Shown here: positions 1 through 9,736 of the stretch, one piece after another
Numbering within the stretch: position 1 is the stretch's first letter
Layout: each line of letters begins with the position of its first letter
Source of the DNA: Candidatus Krumholzibacteriia bacterium
Lineage (GTDB): Bacteria > Krumholzibacteriota > Krumholzibacteriia > LZORAL124-64-63
Reading direction: 5' to 3'
DNA: 64,000 nucleotides
Assembly (NCBI GenBank): GCA_041390065.1
Contig: JAWKQQ010000008.1
Span: 251,846 to 315,845, forward strand
Made by a program: the position numbers and the translations under genes
Notes under the pieces: model-generated
Seen by the model: only the letters and a program-made list of their open reading frames with translations
Told to the model about the DNA's origin: nothing
Database searches by the model: none

Positions 1-144
1 CACGATCCCCTCGACCTCGCGGCGGCCCTTGCCCTGGGACGCCGCGGCGTCGAACCGGTTGTAGATGTCCAGGAGGGTCTGGTGCTGCCGGTCGATGCCG
101 GCGTGCCCGACGCTCATGGCCGGTGTCCACTCGATCTGCGCCAT
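1..144 (-). CDS. hemerythrin-like metal-binding protein (partial, 3' end outside window)
   Basis: Manual translation of the minus strand from ATG at 144: MAQIEWTPAMSVGHAGIDRQHQTLLDIYNRF. This matches the bacteriohemerythrin N-terminal motif. A GGAAGG RBS sits upstream. Confidence 0.5.
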   Translation of the reverse strand, partial: MAQIEWTPAMSVGHAGIDRQHQTLLDIYNRFDAAASQGKGRREVEGIV

Positions 145-163
145 GCGGGCCTCAGGCCTTCCT

Positions 164-1858
164 TCAGGGCAGGTACCGGGTGGTCAGGTACGGCGCCTGC
201 GGCTTGCCGGTCACCTCGACCCAGCGGTTGTCGATCCGCGGCCGCACGGGGTCGTGCTGCTCGATGTACCACTCCACGGCCTCGGACGTGCGGATCTGCG
301 TCGGCATGACCGCCGCCGCCGGGATGGTGGTCAGGAAGTCGAGCCCGCTGTTGCCCTCGAGCAGGAAGTTGGTGCAGACCGCCTTGTAGATGCGGTCGGG
401 ATCCCAGGGCTCGCCGCCCACCAGGAGGGTGACCACGCGGTCCCAGTCGGGGCGGGTCTTGTCGAACTCCATGGTGATGCCCGAGACGCAGAGGCCGCCG
501 CTCTCGCCGGCCACCTTGCGCTCGAGGATGCGGCGCAGCATGCGTCCGTCCATCTCGACGATCACCAGCTCGTTGCCGAAGGGCAGGACGCTGAAGATGT
601 CGCCGGCGGTGATCGGACCCGCCGGCAGGTCGGCCCGCAGGCCGCCCATGTTCTGGAACGCGAAGTCGGCATCGAAGCGGGTGCGCATGGCGTCGGTCAC
701 GAGGTTGCCCATCAGGCTGTTGCCCGGACCGCCGCGGGTGAGGTTGACGGCCGCCGTGCCCACCTGGCGGGCCATCGCACGTTCCGCCTCCTCCTGATAG
801 GGCCGGATGACCTCGGCGATCTCCGGATCGGGCGGGAACTCGTCGGCGAACAGGGTGATCAGGGTGCCCTGGTCGTGGCTACGCTCCCAGCCCACCAGCT
901 GACGGGACTTCGGGTCGATCAGCAGGACGGCATGGCCGATGCTGCTGCCGTTGCCGAAGCTCTCGAAGCACAGGGTGTGGTTGACGGGATCGATCCACGG
1001 CTCCTGGTAACCGCGGTGGGTGTGGCCACCCACGGCGATGTCGATGCCAGGCACCGCGTTCACCAGCTCCATGAGGTTCGGGACGCTGCCCGAGTAGTTC
1101 GAGCCGTGGGCGCCGCCCTGCTCCAGCTCGGCGTCGGTCTCCTCGGCGCCGGCGATGGCGGCCCAGCCCTGCTGCGGGTCGTACGGCAGGCCCTCGTGGA
1201 TGGCGAGCAGGATGAGGTCGGCGCCCTGGCGCTTCAGCTCGTCGCGGTACTTCGCCACCGTTGCGGCCATGGGCAGGAAATCGAGGCCGGCGATGTTCTG
1301 CGGGAAGCTCATGTGCTTGGTGCCGGGGGTGATGATGCCGATCACGCCGATCTTGACGCCCTCGCGCTCGATCATCAGCGTCGGCACGCACCAGTCGACC
1401 ACCCTGCCGGTGTCCTTCTCCACGAGGTTGGCGGCCAACCACGGGAAACGCGACGCCCGGGCCAGGCGCTCGGTGACCTCACGGCCGAGATCGAAGTCGT
1501 GGTTGCCGGGCACGGCGAAGTCGTAGCCGATGGCGTTGTAGTAGTCGATCACCGCGCGGCCCTCGGTCTTGGTACCGATGGGCGTGCCCTGGAACATGTC
1601 GCCCACATCCATCAACAGGACCGCCTCGCCGGCGGTCGCGGCCTCGGCGCGCACGCGTTTGATGTAGGTGGCCGCGGCAGGCGCTCCCCCCAGAGGCGGC
1701 GGGAATTCGGGATTCATGAACCGGGCCGGCTCGGGCGCGATGTGGCCGTGCACGTCGTTGGTCCAGATCACGTGCAGGCGCAACGGCTCCTCGCCGGCCG
1801 CGACCAGCGTCGCCGCAAGCAGGATCAGGACCAGCGCCGATACGCGTAGGGTGTTCAT
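164..1858 (-). CDS. bifunctional 5'-nucleotidase / UDP-sugar hydrolase-like metallophosphatase, secreted
   Basis: 564-aa ORF with a signal peptide. Metallophosphoesterase motifs are present (NDVHG, GNHDFD, GHTH), followed by a 5'-nucleotidase C-terminal domain. Confidence 0.8.
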   Translation of the reverse strand: MNTLRVSALVLILLAATLVAAGEEPLRLHVIWTNDVHGHIAPEPARFMNPEFPPPLGGAPAAATYIKRVRAEAATAGEAVLLMDVGDMFQGTPIGTKTEGRAVIDYYNAIGYDFAVPGNHDFDLGREVTERLARASRFPWLAANLVEKDTGRVVDWCVPTLMIEREGVKIGVIGIITPGTKHMSFPQNIAGLDFLPMAATVAKYRDELKRQGADLILLAIHEGLPYDPQQGWAAIAGAEETDAELEQGGAHGSNYSGSVPNLMELVNAVPGIDIAVGGHTHRGYQEPWIDPVNHTLCFESFGNGSSIGHAVLLIDPKSRQLVGWERSHDQGTLITLFADEFPPDPEIAEVIRPYQEEAERAMARQVGTAAVNLTRGGPGNSLMGNLVTDAMRTRFDADFAFQNMGGLRADLPAGPITAGDIFSVLPFGNELVIVEMDGRMLRRILERKVAGESGGLCVSGITMEFDKTRPDWDRVVTLLVGGEPWDPDRIYKAVCTNFLLEGNSGLDFLTTIPAAAVMPTQIRTSEAVEWYIEQHDPVRPRIDNRWVEVTGKPQAPYLTTRYLP

Positions 1859-1879
1859 GACCGGGCTCCTCGGCGGTGG

Positions 1880-3199
1880 CTAGAATTCCTGGGTCCAGCC
1901 CAGGCCGAAGCGCAGGCGCATGTCGTCGACCCGGGACTCGGCGGGCGTCACGAACCCGTCCGGGTAGGAAAAGATATGGGGAATCCCCCGACTCTGCAGC
2001 TTGTTGAGTTCCAGCGACAGCGCCAGGCGGCCGCTCGCGATGGGCCACGCCGTCCCCAGCGAGAACACCGAATTGCCGCCCTCGGGGTCGTTGTAGCTGT
2101 CATAGCGGCGAAAGCCCACGTTCATGTCCTGGCCGCCCTGGAAGGTGTGCTGCAGGCCGAGGCGCACGTCCACGACATTCTGCAGCTCGCGCGGGGAGGT
2201 GAGCCGGCTGTCGCCGAGGCCGGGACGATCGTCCTTGAGATCCTCGTAGTCGGTGAGGACGACGTCGACGGTGAGCACGGTGCGCGGGTCGTTCCGCGGA
2301 TAGAGCGCGGCGCCGAAACGCCAGCGGGCCGGGTACTCGAGGCTGTGGCTGGCGGTGCTGGCGGCCGTGGTGTCGAACTCGGCGGTGTAGGCCGTGACGT
2401 CCAGGTCGCCGTCCACCGAGAGGGGCGTCTCGTAGGCGATGCCGAGGCTGAGGCGCTCGTTGGGATGCACCTGCACGCCCAGCGTCGCGTTGACGCCGCC
2501 GAGGGCCCACTGGCTGCGGGTGTCGTAGCTCTGGTCGCCGTCGTCGGTCCGGTTGTCGCGGGACAGCCAGTGCTCGTTGCGGTCGCCGAAGGCGTAGTGC
2601 ACGGCGGCGCCGAACGCGACGCGGTCGGCCTCGCCCGCCAGGCCCAGGCTCAGGGTGCGCAGGGTGCCCTCCACCTCGTAGGTGCGCTCCTCGAGGATGC
2701 GGTCGCGCGGATCGGAGAAGACGTCGGGGTCGCGCACTTCCTCGGTGAACTCGTAGCTGAACGGATTGCGGTCGGCCAGCGAGAGCCCGACGCCCAGCGG
2801 CAGGTCGCCGAGGTCCAGCCGTCCGGCCAGCGCGAAGCCGCCCTCGAGCCAGGTGTGCTGGTTGCTCGCGATCGACATGTCGGTGACGAAGCTGCCGAAG
2901 CTGTCGTACAGCGGCACGAAGCGCTCTTCTTCGTGGTAGGCGAGGCCGACGCCGCCGTCCAGACGCCAGGCCGTGGCCCGGGACAGGCCCGCCGGGTTCA
3001 GGATGCTGGAGAAGCCGCCGCGGTAGGCCGCGCCCCCGGAGCCGCCGAGGCCGTTGATCTCGGCCGATAGCCAGGGGCTCTGGCCGCCGTAGGCCGACTC
3101 CAGGTAGCTCACCGCGCTCGCCGGCGTTGCCACCAAACCCAGCAGCATGGCCACCGCCAGGATGGCCGTGTAGACGCTGATATTCCGTCGCGTGGTCAT
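1880..3199 (-). CDS. outer-membrane beta-barrel protein (unknown family)
   Basis: Signal peptide MTTRRNISVYTAILAVAMLLGLVATPASA. Aromatic/Gly-rich alternating pattern and a C-terminal Phe (..GWTQEF). Confidence 0.5.
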   Translation of the reverse strand: MTTRRNISVYTAILAVAMLLGLVATPASAVSYLESAYGGQSPWLSAEINGLGGSGGAAYRGGFSSILNPAGLSRATAWRLDGGVGLAYHEEERFVPLYDSFGSFVTDMSIASNQHTWLEGGFALAGRLDLGDLPLGVGLSLADRNPFSYEFTEEVRDPDVFSDPRDRILEERTYEVEGTLRTLSLGLAGEADRVAFGAAVHYAFGDRNEHWLSRDNRTDDGDQSYDTRSQWALGGVNATLGVQVHPNERLSLGIAYETPLSVDGDLDVTAYTAEFDTTAASTASHSLEYPARWRFGAALYPRNDPRTVLTVDVVLTDYEDLKDDRPGLGDSRLTSPRELQNVVDVRLGLQHTFQGGQDMNVGFRRYDSYNDPEGGNSVFSLGTAWPIASGRLALSLELNKLQSRGIPHIFSYPDGFVTPAESRVDDMRLRFGLGWTQEF

Positions 3200-3233
3200 G
3201 GTCGTCTCCTCGTCCAGCTCGGGGCCGGAAGGC

Positions 3234-5795
3234 TTAGAAGCTGTAGTCCACCTGGAGCCGGACGTACAGGTCGTCCTTGGGGACGCGGGTGGCATCGTAG
3301 TCCAGACCGTAGGCGTCGCCGTAGCGGCGCACGTCGATGTTGTCGCGCGGTTCGCTGTGGTCGCGCGTGACCTTCAGCTGCACGAGCGTGCGGTCGGAGA
3401 TGCGGCTCTCCACCTTGAACCACTGCCGCCAGCCGTTGGCGTCGAGGAGCACGAACTCGTTGCCCTCGAAGTTCCAGAAGAAGCCGTCGTAGACCGTGGC
3501 CGCGCCGGTGAGCGTGAGCCAGGGCGTGACGTTGTGCTCGTAGCGCACCTCGAAGGCGTTGCTCGGGCTGCTGGCCATGCCCACGCCGCTGGCGTCGTCG
3601 TCCGGGTTGTCGGGGCTGCCCGGGTCGGCCGGGTAGGTGAGCCGCTGCCGGGCCGGGAAGTTGACGTTGCCCGTGACGTAGGTCAGCTGCAGCCGGTTGT
3701 AGTTGCTCAGCAGGACGATGGCCTGCAGGCGCGTCTCCCAGCTGCGGTAGGTGCGCACGTCGAGGTCGTTCTGCTCGGTGCGGGCGGAGATGCGCTCGCG
3801 CACGCGGAACCGCAGGTTGAACGTCGGCTGGTACTCCAGCTTCGCCGTCCAGCGCCACTGGTCGGCGCCGTCGGCCTTGCGCTGCCACTGATCGAACTGC
3901 AGGCCGTTGATGATGAACTGACGGCTGATGCGGTAGCGCATGTCCAGGAACAGGCCCCGCTCGCCCTTGGGCTGGGGGTTGTCGGTCGCGAGCAGGCTGT
4001 ACCATTCGTCCTCGAGGCGGTAGGGGCTGTCGAGGATGGTCTGCTCGTACCTGGAGTCGTTGCTGAACGACCGCATGTACGGGTTGTCGAAGCCGATGTC
4101 GTAGTCGCGGTAGATCGCGAGCAGGTGCAGGTTGTCCCACTGGGCGAAGAGGTTGGTGATGAAGGCGTCGTGGCGATCGCCCCTCAGGAACCCCTCGCGC
4201 GGGTCCTGCAGCCAGGCGTACTCCGCCTGCCAGGACAGGTTGCCGTACACCGCCTGGCCCTCGAGGCCGTAGATGCGGCGCCAGCGGTACTCGGTGACCG
4301 TGGTGTCGCCCGGGTCGGCGAAGACGCTGGTGTAGCCGGCCGCGATCTCGCTGTCGCGGGCCAGCCAGTAGTCGGACGTCGCACCGCCGGGCAGGATCTC
4401 GTCGGGGTTGGCGTCGAAGGGCCGCGTGTAGCCCGAGTGCAGCACCGTGGCCCCGACGTAGGTGCCCGGCGCGAGCATCTGCTTGACGTTAACGCCCACC
4501 AGGTTCTCGCGGAAGGCGTTGCGGGTGATGCCGGTCTCCTGGCCCGACAGGGTCGGCAGCGCGGCCAGCTCCCGCTCGGTGAATCGGGGACGCATGCTCA
4601 CGTACCGGTTGACCGTGCCGTCATCGTTGAGGATCCCGTCGCGCCAGTCGCTGGAGCCGAAGAGCGTGAGGTGGGTGTTGCCGATGGCGCCCTCGACGGC
4701 GCCGCCGGTGAGGCGGTACTCGCGGGTGGCGCTGAGGTCGCCGCGGACGCCCAGCGGCCGCTTGTTCCAGCCGAATCCGGTCTTGCGGAAGTGGATGAAG
4801 TCGGTGTTGTCCATCACCAGGCCGGAGCCGAAGGCCACCCGGAACGAGCCCGCCACGGCCCGCTTCAGGCGCACCGGCCCCAGCTGCTGGTTCTTGACCT
4901 CGACGTAGGCCTTGGCGGTCTCGTCCCAGTCGGCCTCGCCGAGGCCGCGGTAGGTGCGGGCGCCGGCCCGCCAGTTGCCCGGCAGCGCCACGCGCAGCTT
5001 GTGGGACATGGCCGGGTTCAGGGTCTGCGGGTACTTCGGCACCAGGACGCTGGAGTTCTCGTCGTCGCCGCCGTACAGGGGCGTGTCGTAGTACCGGATC
5101 TGGTAGTCGGCCCGGACCTTGTCCGGGTCGCCGAGCTGCGCGTCGTCGTAGACCACGAAGTCGCGCAGGTTGCGGTAGGCGAAGTAGCGCAGGCCGTCGG
5201 CGCGGCGCAGCTGGCGGCTGCTGGTGATGCCCCCCATGCGTTCGCGCGCGGTCATGATCGCCGTCGCGTCGACGGGCGACACGTTCTGGAAGCTCATGAG
5301 GTCGAAGAGGTCGAGGTCGTTGACGTTGACCGGGTCCTGGAGCAGGTCCAGGTACTCGTCCACCAGGCCCTCGTTACTGCCCTCCTGTCCCAGGTAGTTG
5401 CGCACCTGGCGGTAGCTGGCGGCCATGCGGGCGACGGCGGCGTCGGCCGCGGGCGGCGGCAGCACCGCCACCAGGGGCCGCAAGGTGAGGATGGTCTGGG
5501 GCGTGACGAGGTCGATGTCGCCGAGGTCGTAGATGTCGTCGAAGTAGCGCACGTAGGTGCGGTGGTCGTAGATGGCGCGCGCCTCGGCCGCGGGGATGGG
5601 CAGGGCCAGCAGCTCTTCCAGGCTCGCCGAGTTGAGGTCGAGCTTGCCCTGGGCGAGCGTCGGGCGGCTGCCCGGATCCGCGGCGGGCGCCGCGGTCGCG
5701 GACGCCGCCGTCAGCCAGCACACCAGCACGAACAGCCCGCCGAGCAGGGCCCGCGCCGCCGGCCGGCGATGCACGAGGAGGTTACGCACGGTCAC
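3234..5795 (-). CDS. large outer-membrane beta-barrel protein with N-terminal ComEA-like helix-hairpin-helix domain
   Basis: 853 aa with a signal peptide. LDLNSASLEELLALPIPAAEARAI is an HhH motif. The long beta-rich region ends in ..QVDYSF (OMP C-terminal Phe). Confidence 0.55.
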   Translation of the reverse strand: MTVRNLLVHRRPAARALLGGLFVLVCWLTAASATAAPAADPGSRPTLAQGKLDLNSASLEELLALPIPAAEARAIYDHRTYVRYFDDIYDLGDIDLVTPQTILTLRPLVAVLPPPAADAAVARMAASYRQVRNYLGQEGSNEGLVDEYLDLLQDPVNVNDLDLFDLMSFQNVSPVDATAIMTARERMGGITSSRQLRRADGLRYFAYRNLRDFVVYDDAQLGDPDKVRADYQIRYYDTPLYGGDDENSSVLVPKYPQTLNPAMSHKLRVALPGNWRAGARTYRGLGEADWDETAKAYVEVKNQQLGPVRLKRAVAGSFRVAFGSGLVMDNTDFIHFRKTGFGWNKRPLGVRGDLSATREYRLTGGAVEGAIGNTHLTLFGSSDWRDGILNDDGTVNRYVSMRPRFTERELAALPTLSGQETGITRNAFRENLVGVNVKQMLAPGTYVGATVLHSGYTRPFDANPDEILPGGATSDYWLARDSEIAAGYTSVFADPGDTTVTEYRWRRIYGLEGQAVYGNLSWQAEYAWLQDPREGFLRGDRHDAFITNLFAQWDNLHLLAIYRDYDIGFDNPYMRSFSNDSRYEQTILDSPYRLEDEWYSLLATDNPQPKGERGLFLDMRYRISRQFIINGLQFDQWQRKADGADQWRWTAKLEYQPTFNLRFRVRERISARTEQNDLDVRTYRSWETRLQAIVLLSNYNRLQLTYVTGNVNFPARQRLTYPADPGSPDNPDDDASGVGMASSPSNAFEVRYEHNVTPWLTLTGAATVYDGFFWNFEGNEFVLLDANGWRQWFKVESRISDRTLVQLKVTRDHSEPRDNIDVRRYGDAYGLDYDATRVPKDDLYVRLQVDYSF

Positions 5796-6679
5796 TCACC
5801 GCCCCACGCCCAGGACAGGCCGAACTGGTGGGTGCTCTCGAGCACGCCGCCACCGGTGGAGAAGCCGTAGCTCAGGGCCGCCTCGCCGAAGCGGTAGCCG
5901 AAGCCCGCGGTGAGCTTGTTGGGCCTCGTGATCAGGCCGGCGCGCAGCACCAGGCCTTCGAGCACGTCGAACTCCATGCCGGCGTGCCATTGCGGATCCT
6001 CGCCGTGCACGTTCTCGAGCTCGAACACCGTGAGCACCCCCGCATACGGCTCGTAGGCCAGACCCGCCTGCAGACGGCGCGGCAGCTCCTCCTCGTCGCG
6101 GCCGATCTTCGGCGCGTTCACGTTGTGCACCAGCACGCCCATGTGGGTGCGGTCGTGCAGCGTGGCGGCGAAGCCGACGTCGAGGCCCGTGGTGAGGTCG
6201 CTGCCGGGATCCAGGCCGCTGACCGTCTCGCCGAACTCCAGGCGGTAGAGGTTCAGCCCCACGCCCAGGTTGATGCGCGAGTGGACGTCGGCGTACAGCG
6301 GCAGGCCGTAGGCCACGGTCAGCGTGCTCTCGGTCTGCAGGTCGACGTTCTGGTACTCCACGCCGTACTGCCGGAAACCCAGGCCCAGGCTGCCGGCCTC
6401 GCCGGGCAGGCGCAGGGCGGCGCCCAGGTAGTAGAGGCGGTGGAAGTCCAGGCTGTAGGGCTGGACGTAGCTGACGCCCACCTCGCCATCCGTGGCCAGG
6501 CGCGCGAGCTGCGCGGGATTGAGGGTGGCCGCGAACGTGGCGTCGTCCACGGCCACCGAGGCGTCGCCCATGGCGCGGGCCCGCGGGCTGGTCATCAGGT
6601 TCTCGAAGGCCGCCCGGGCCGGCGCCACCAGAGTGACGAGGCTCACGAGGACCACCATCGCTGCAAGTCTGCGCTTCAT
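5792..6679 (-). CDS. PorP/SprF-like (or PorV/FadL-like) outer-membrane beta-barrel protein
   Basis: 295 aa with signal peptide ..APARA. N-terminal SPRARAMGDASVAVDDATFAATLNPAQLA motif as in PorP/SprF/PorV families. It lies immediately downstream of a gene encoding a protein with a type-B-like CTD. Confidence 0.45.
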   Translation of the reverse strand: MKRRLAAMVVLVSLVTLVAPARAAFENLMTSPRARAMGDASVAVDDATFAATLNPAQLARLATDGEVGVSYVQPYSLDFHRLYYLGAALRLPGEAGSLGLGFRQYGVEYQNVDLQTESTLTVAYGLPLYADVHSRINLGVGLNLYRLEFGETVSGLDPGSDLTTGLDVGFAATLHDRTHMGVLVHNVNAPKIGRDEEELPRRLQAGLAYEPYAGVLTVFELENVHGEDPQWHAGMEFDVLEGLVLRAGLITRPNKLTAGFGYRFGEAALSYGFSTGGGVLESTHQFGLSWAWGGE

Positions 6680-6696
6680 CGTCGGTCACTCCCTCG

Positions 6697-9429
6697 CTAG
6701 TCCAGCCGCGTGGCCACGACCACGGGTGCGGTTTTCTCGGTGCGCTCGCCGGAGACCAGGTCCACGGCCTGCAGGTGCACCACGTACATGCCCGCCCGGA
6801 CCCTGGCGAAGGTCTCGTCGCGGCCGTCCCAGCTGACGATGGTGGGGAACTCGGGAATGCCCGAGACCGCCCCGTCGAAGCGGCTGTCCCACAAGGTCAC
6901 GATCACCCGACCCTCGAGGTCGATGATGCGCAGCCGGGTCTCGGAGTTCTCCTTGGTCACGATGGAGATGGGGAAGCGTTCGCCCAGCTCGGGCAGGAAC
7001 GTGCGCGCGGGCACGCTCAGGCCGATGTCGTTCACCGGCTCGAGGCCGGCCAGGAAGACGCCGGGCGTGGGGATGGCGAGCTCGAAGGTCGCCGTCCAGT
7101 CCTCGCTGGTCTCGTCGCGGCCGCCGACGCCGTTGCTGCCCACGGTGAGCTGGGTGCCCTCGTCGGCGTCGATGCGGGTGTAGGAGCGGTCGCCGGAGGA
7201 GTCCACATCGACGAACCAGTCCTGATCGGCCACCGGGGTGTCCGGCTGGTAGCCGGGCACCAGGGATTTGTCGAAGCCCACCCGGAAGTTGCCGGTCTTC
7301 TCGTTGCCGAACATGAACACGTCGATGTCGGTGACCAGCGGCTCGCCCTCGGCCCAGTAGTAGAGGATCACGGGCTCGCCGTAGAACTCCTCGAGTTCGG
7401 GGATGCCCTTGGGCAGCTGGTCGGCGCTGGTGCCGGACGAGCGGCCGGGCGTGAAGATGCTGTTGCCCGGGAGATCATCGGGCGGGTTGACGAACACCGG
7501 CCGCATGGCCGGCACGCCCTCGACCGAGAGGTCGTCGGCGTAGAGCTCGATGTCGGGCAGGCGGCTGTAGATGCGCTCGAACCAGCCGCTGCTGGCGATC
7601 GACAGCACCAGCGTCTGGCCGGCGCCGAGCACGTAGCCGTCGGGGAACCGGGCGGTGAAGTCGTTGTAGTGGCCGCCGCCGACGGTCTGCTGCGTGGGGT
7701 TGCCCGCGGTGATGGCCCAGTAGACCTGGGTGCTGAAGTTGTAGTTGATGGCGTCGGTCAGGTAGTAGTTGCTCAGATCCACAGGGAAGCTGTTGGGGTT
7801 GTGGATCTCCACGAGCTCCGGCGCGATCTGGGCCATGCTGGTGAACGGGTAGATGTTGCGGCCCGCGTTCACCTCGGTGATCAGCAGCTTGGCCGGGCCC
7901 GTGGCGGCGTCGGTGAACGTGACCGAGGCCGTGGTCGAGGGCGCGCCGTCGGGGAAGACGTCGCTCTGCGCGTTGCCGTCCACCACCTCGACGTACCAGG
8001 CCACCACCGTGCCCGCGGGCTGGCCGGGGATCTCGCCGGTGAGCGTCGCGCCGTCGGCCATGAGGCCGGCGGTCTGGAACGCGCCGCCGGCGACCGCATA
8101 GTGGAGGGTGCCGGAGAGGTCGAGGTCGACCGCGTCGACGTGCACGGTGATGAGGCAGGGCGTGCCGTTGAACGCGCTGCCGGCGGTCGCGCTGGTGATC
8201 ACGGGCGCCGGCACGCCCTCGACGACCAGGAGGCGCGGGAGGGCGTCGGCATTGGCCGGCCAGACGGCCGTGCCGCCGCCCGTGCCGGTGATGGTGGCGT
8301 ACCACGCGATCTCGACCCCGCCGGACTGGCCGGGGATGGCCGCCGACCACATGCCGGCGGTCACCTGGCTGCCCGCCGCCTGCTGCCATGAACCGCCGTC
8401 GATCCGGAAGTGGACGGCCATGGCCGCGAGCGGGTCGTAGCTCAACGCCGTGAGCGTGACGTCGGTCGCCAGACCGGCATACGCGTCGCCGACCGAGCCG
8501 GCGGTCACGATCGGCGCCGGCGCCAGGGGCGTCGCCGCCGGGCCGGCCGGGGTCTGGTCCGAGACCACGTCCCAGCTGCCCGCGAGGTCCTCGCTGGTCT
8601 CGTCGTGACCGGTGGCGCCGTTGCCGCCGCTGGCGTCCTCGCTGGTCTCCACGGCACCCGTGCGCACGAGCGCCTGGCCGAACGTGGGAACCGTGCCGGC
8701 GGAGATCTGGCTGGCCGCCGGGGTGTCGGCCAGGTAGGTCGAGGGGGTCGCGCCGGCATCCGGGCCGTCGACGCTCACGTCGGTCTTGTCGACGCGCACG
8801 TTGGTGGAGGTTCCGTAGATCAGGTAGTCGAGGTCCTGCACCAGGTCGCTCGCACCGTCCCAGCGGTAGAGGACGATGCTGTCCGAGGCCCCCGACCCGC
8901 TGGCCAGGGCCGGCGTGTTCGAGCCGGTCGAGCCGAGGCCCGCGCCGATGCTGCCCGGGAAGGCCTCCCGCATCTCCGCCACCGCGTCGGGCGCGATGCC
9001 GTCCTCGAAGAGCTCGAGGTCGGGCAGGTAGCCGTAGGCCTGCTGGAACTGCGTGCTGCCGCTGAGGGAGATCACCAGGGTGTCGCCCGCGGCGAGGCTC
9101 AGGCCGACCGGGAAGCGCGCATGCACGTTGCCGGAGGTGCCGCCGCCCTGACCTGCGCCCGTCACGATGTTCCAGTAGAGCTTGCCGAGCGCCACGTCCT
9201 GCGCCGTCGACAGGTAGACGTCGTCGAGGGCGATCGCCGCACCCGTGGGGTTGACGATCTCGATGAACGGGCTGCCGAAGGTGGACACGGGGTTGCGGGT
9301 GACGACGACCACCTCGCTCAGGAGCAGATGGTCGGCCTCCTGGGCCAGCAAGGCGGCCGGCAGGAGCAGCAGGGCCAGCAGGGCCAGCGGCCTCCGGCAC
9401 CGACGCTCGGGACTCCGGTCACGGGTCAT
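6697..9429 (-). CDS. secreted lamin-tail-domain (LTD) repeat protein with T9SS type-B-like C-terminal domain
   Basis: Start chosen at MTRDRSPERRC..LLLLPAALLAQ (signal peptide). Two LTD motifs (LLLSEVVVVTRNP..FIEIVNPTGAAIALDDVYL and LLITEVNAG..ELVEIHNPNSFPVDLSNYYL). The C-terminus (..SWDGRDETFARVRAGMYVVHL..) resembles the gliding/T9SS type-B CTD. Confidence 0.6.
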   Translation of the reverse strand: MTRDRSPERRCRRPLALLALLLLPAALLAQEADHLLLSEVVVVTRNPVSTFGSPFIEIVNPTGAAIALDDVYLSTAQDVALGKLYWNIVTGAGQGGGTSGNVHARFPVGLSLAAGDTLVISLSGSTQFQQAYGYLPDLELFEDGIAPDAVAEMREAFPGSIGAGLGSTGSNTPALASGSGASDSIVLYRWDGASDLVQDLDYLIYGTSTNVRVDKTDVSVDGPDAGATPSTYLADTPAASQISAGTVPTFGQALVRTGAVETSEDASGGNGATGHDETSEDLAGSWDVVSDQTPAGPAATPLAPAPIVTAGSVGDAYAGLATDVTLTALSYDPLAAMAVHFRIDGGSWQQAAGSQVTAGMWSAAIPGQSGGVEIAWYATITGTGGGTAVWPANADALPRLLVVEGVPAPVITSATAGSAFNGTPCLITVHVDAVDLDLSGTLHYAVAGGAFQTAGLMADGATLTGEIPGQPAGTVVAWYVEVVDGNAQSDVFPDGAPSTTASVTFTDAATGPAKLLITEVNAGRNIYPFTSMAQIAPELVEIHNPNSFPVDLSNYYLTDAINYNFSTQVYWAITAGNPTQQTVGGGHYNDFTARFPDGYVLGAGQTLVLSIASSGWFERIYSRLPDIELYADDLSVEGVPAMRPVFVNPPDDLPGNSIFTPGRSSGTSADQLPKGIPELEEFYGEPVILYYWAEGEPLVTDIDVFMFGNEKTGNFRVGFDKSLVPGYQPDTPVADQDWFVDVDSSGDRSYTRIDADEGTQLTVGSNGVGGRDETSEDWTATFELAIPTPGVFLAGLEPVNDIGLSVPARTFLPELGERFPISIVTKENSETRLRIIDLEGRVIVTLWDSRFDGAVSGIPEFPTIVSWDGRDETFARVRAGMYVVHLQAVDLVSGERTEKTAPVVVATRLD

Positions 9430-9736
9430 GGAAGTTCTCCCATCGGAATCGTTCGGCGGCGCGGGACGGCCGGCCCGGATGGCGGTATCCCGCGAAGCTT
9501 GCGGCTGGCGCCGGGGCGTCGGCCTCGGAAGTGGGGGCAGAAGGTACGCCAACCACCCTTACGATTGCAAGGGTGTGCAGCAGAAAGAAGCGCGGTGCCC
9601 GCGACCTGGTCAAGTTCGCTCGTCTTTCCCGACCAGCCCGACGATGACAGGCGGGCGGCCGCGCGCTATCGTGTCGGCGGATCCGCGACGCACCCGCGGC
9701 GCACGCCCCGCGCCCCAGAGGAAGGCCCTCGACCCG

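Noticed and set aside
65-1849. 594-aa plus-strand ORF opposite the nucleotidase gene, and many similar long ORFs (e.g. 3192..5870 +, 6775..8391 +, 7475..9400 -, 8410..9852 +, 29022..32015 +, 30434..33253 +, 46361..49840 +)
   Set aside because: Their translations are Arg/Ala/Gly/Pro-rich low-complexity with no recognisable family. They lie antisense to genes with clear homology. These are typical shadow ORFs of roughly 70% GC DNA.
3199-3234. 36-nt overlap between the end of the HhH-OMP gene and the chosen start of the next OMP gene, as evidence of a further frameshift
   Set aside because: Both proteins read cleanly (the C-terminal ..YSF and a good signal peptide). An alternative downstream start or a genuine overlap is equally possible, so no indel was called.
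9245-9736. N-terminal 164 codons of the ORF containing the sulfatase
   Set aside because: They overlap the divergent upstream gene and intergenic region and have no family features. The conserved sulfatase sequence begins at the ATG at 9737.
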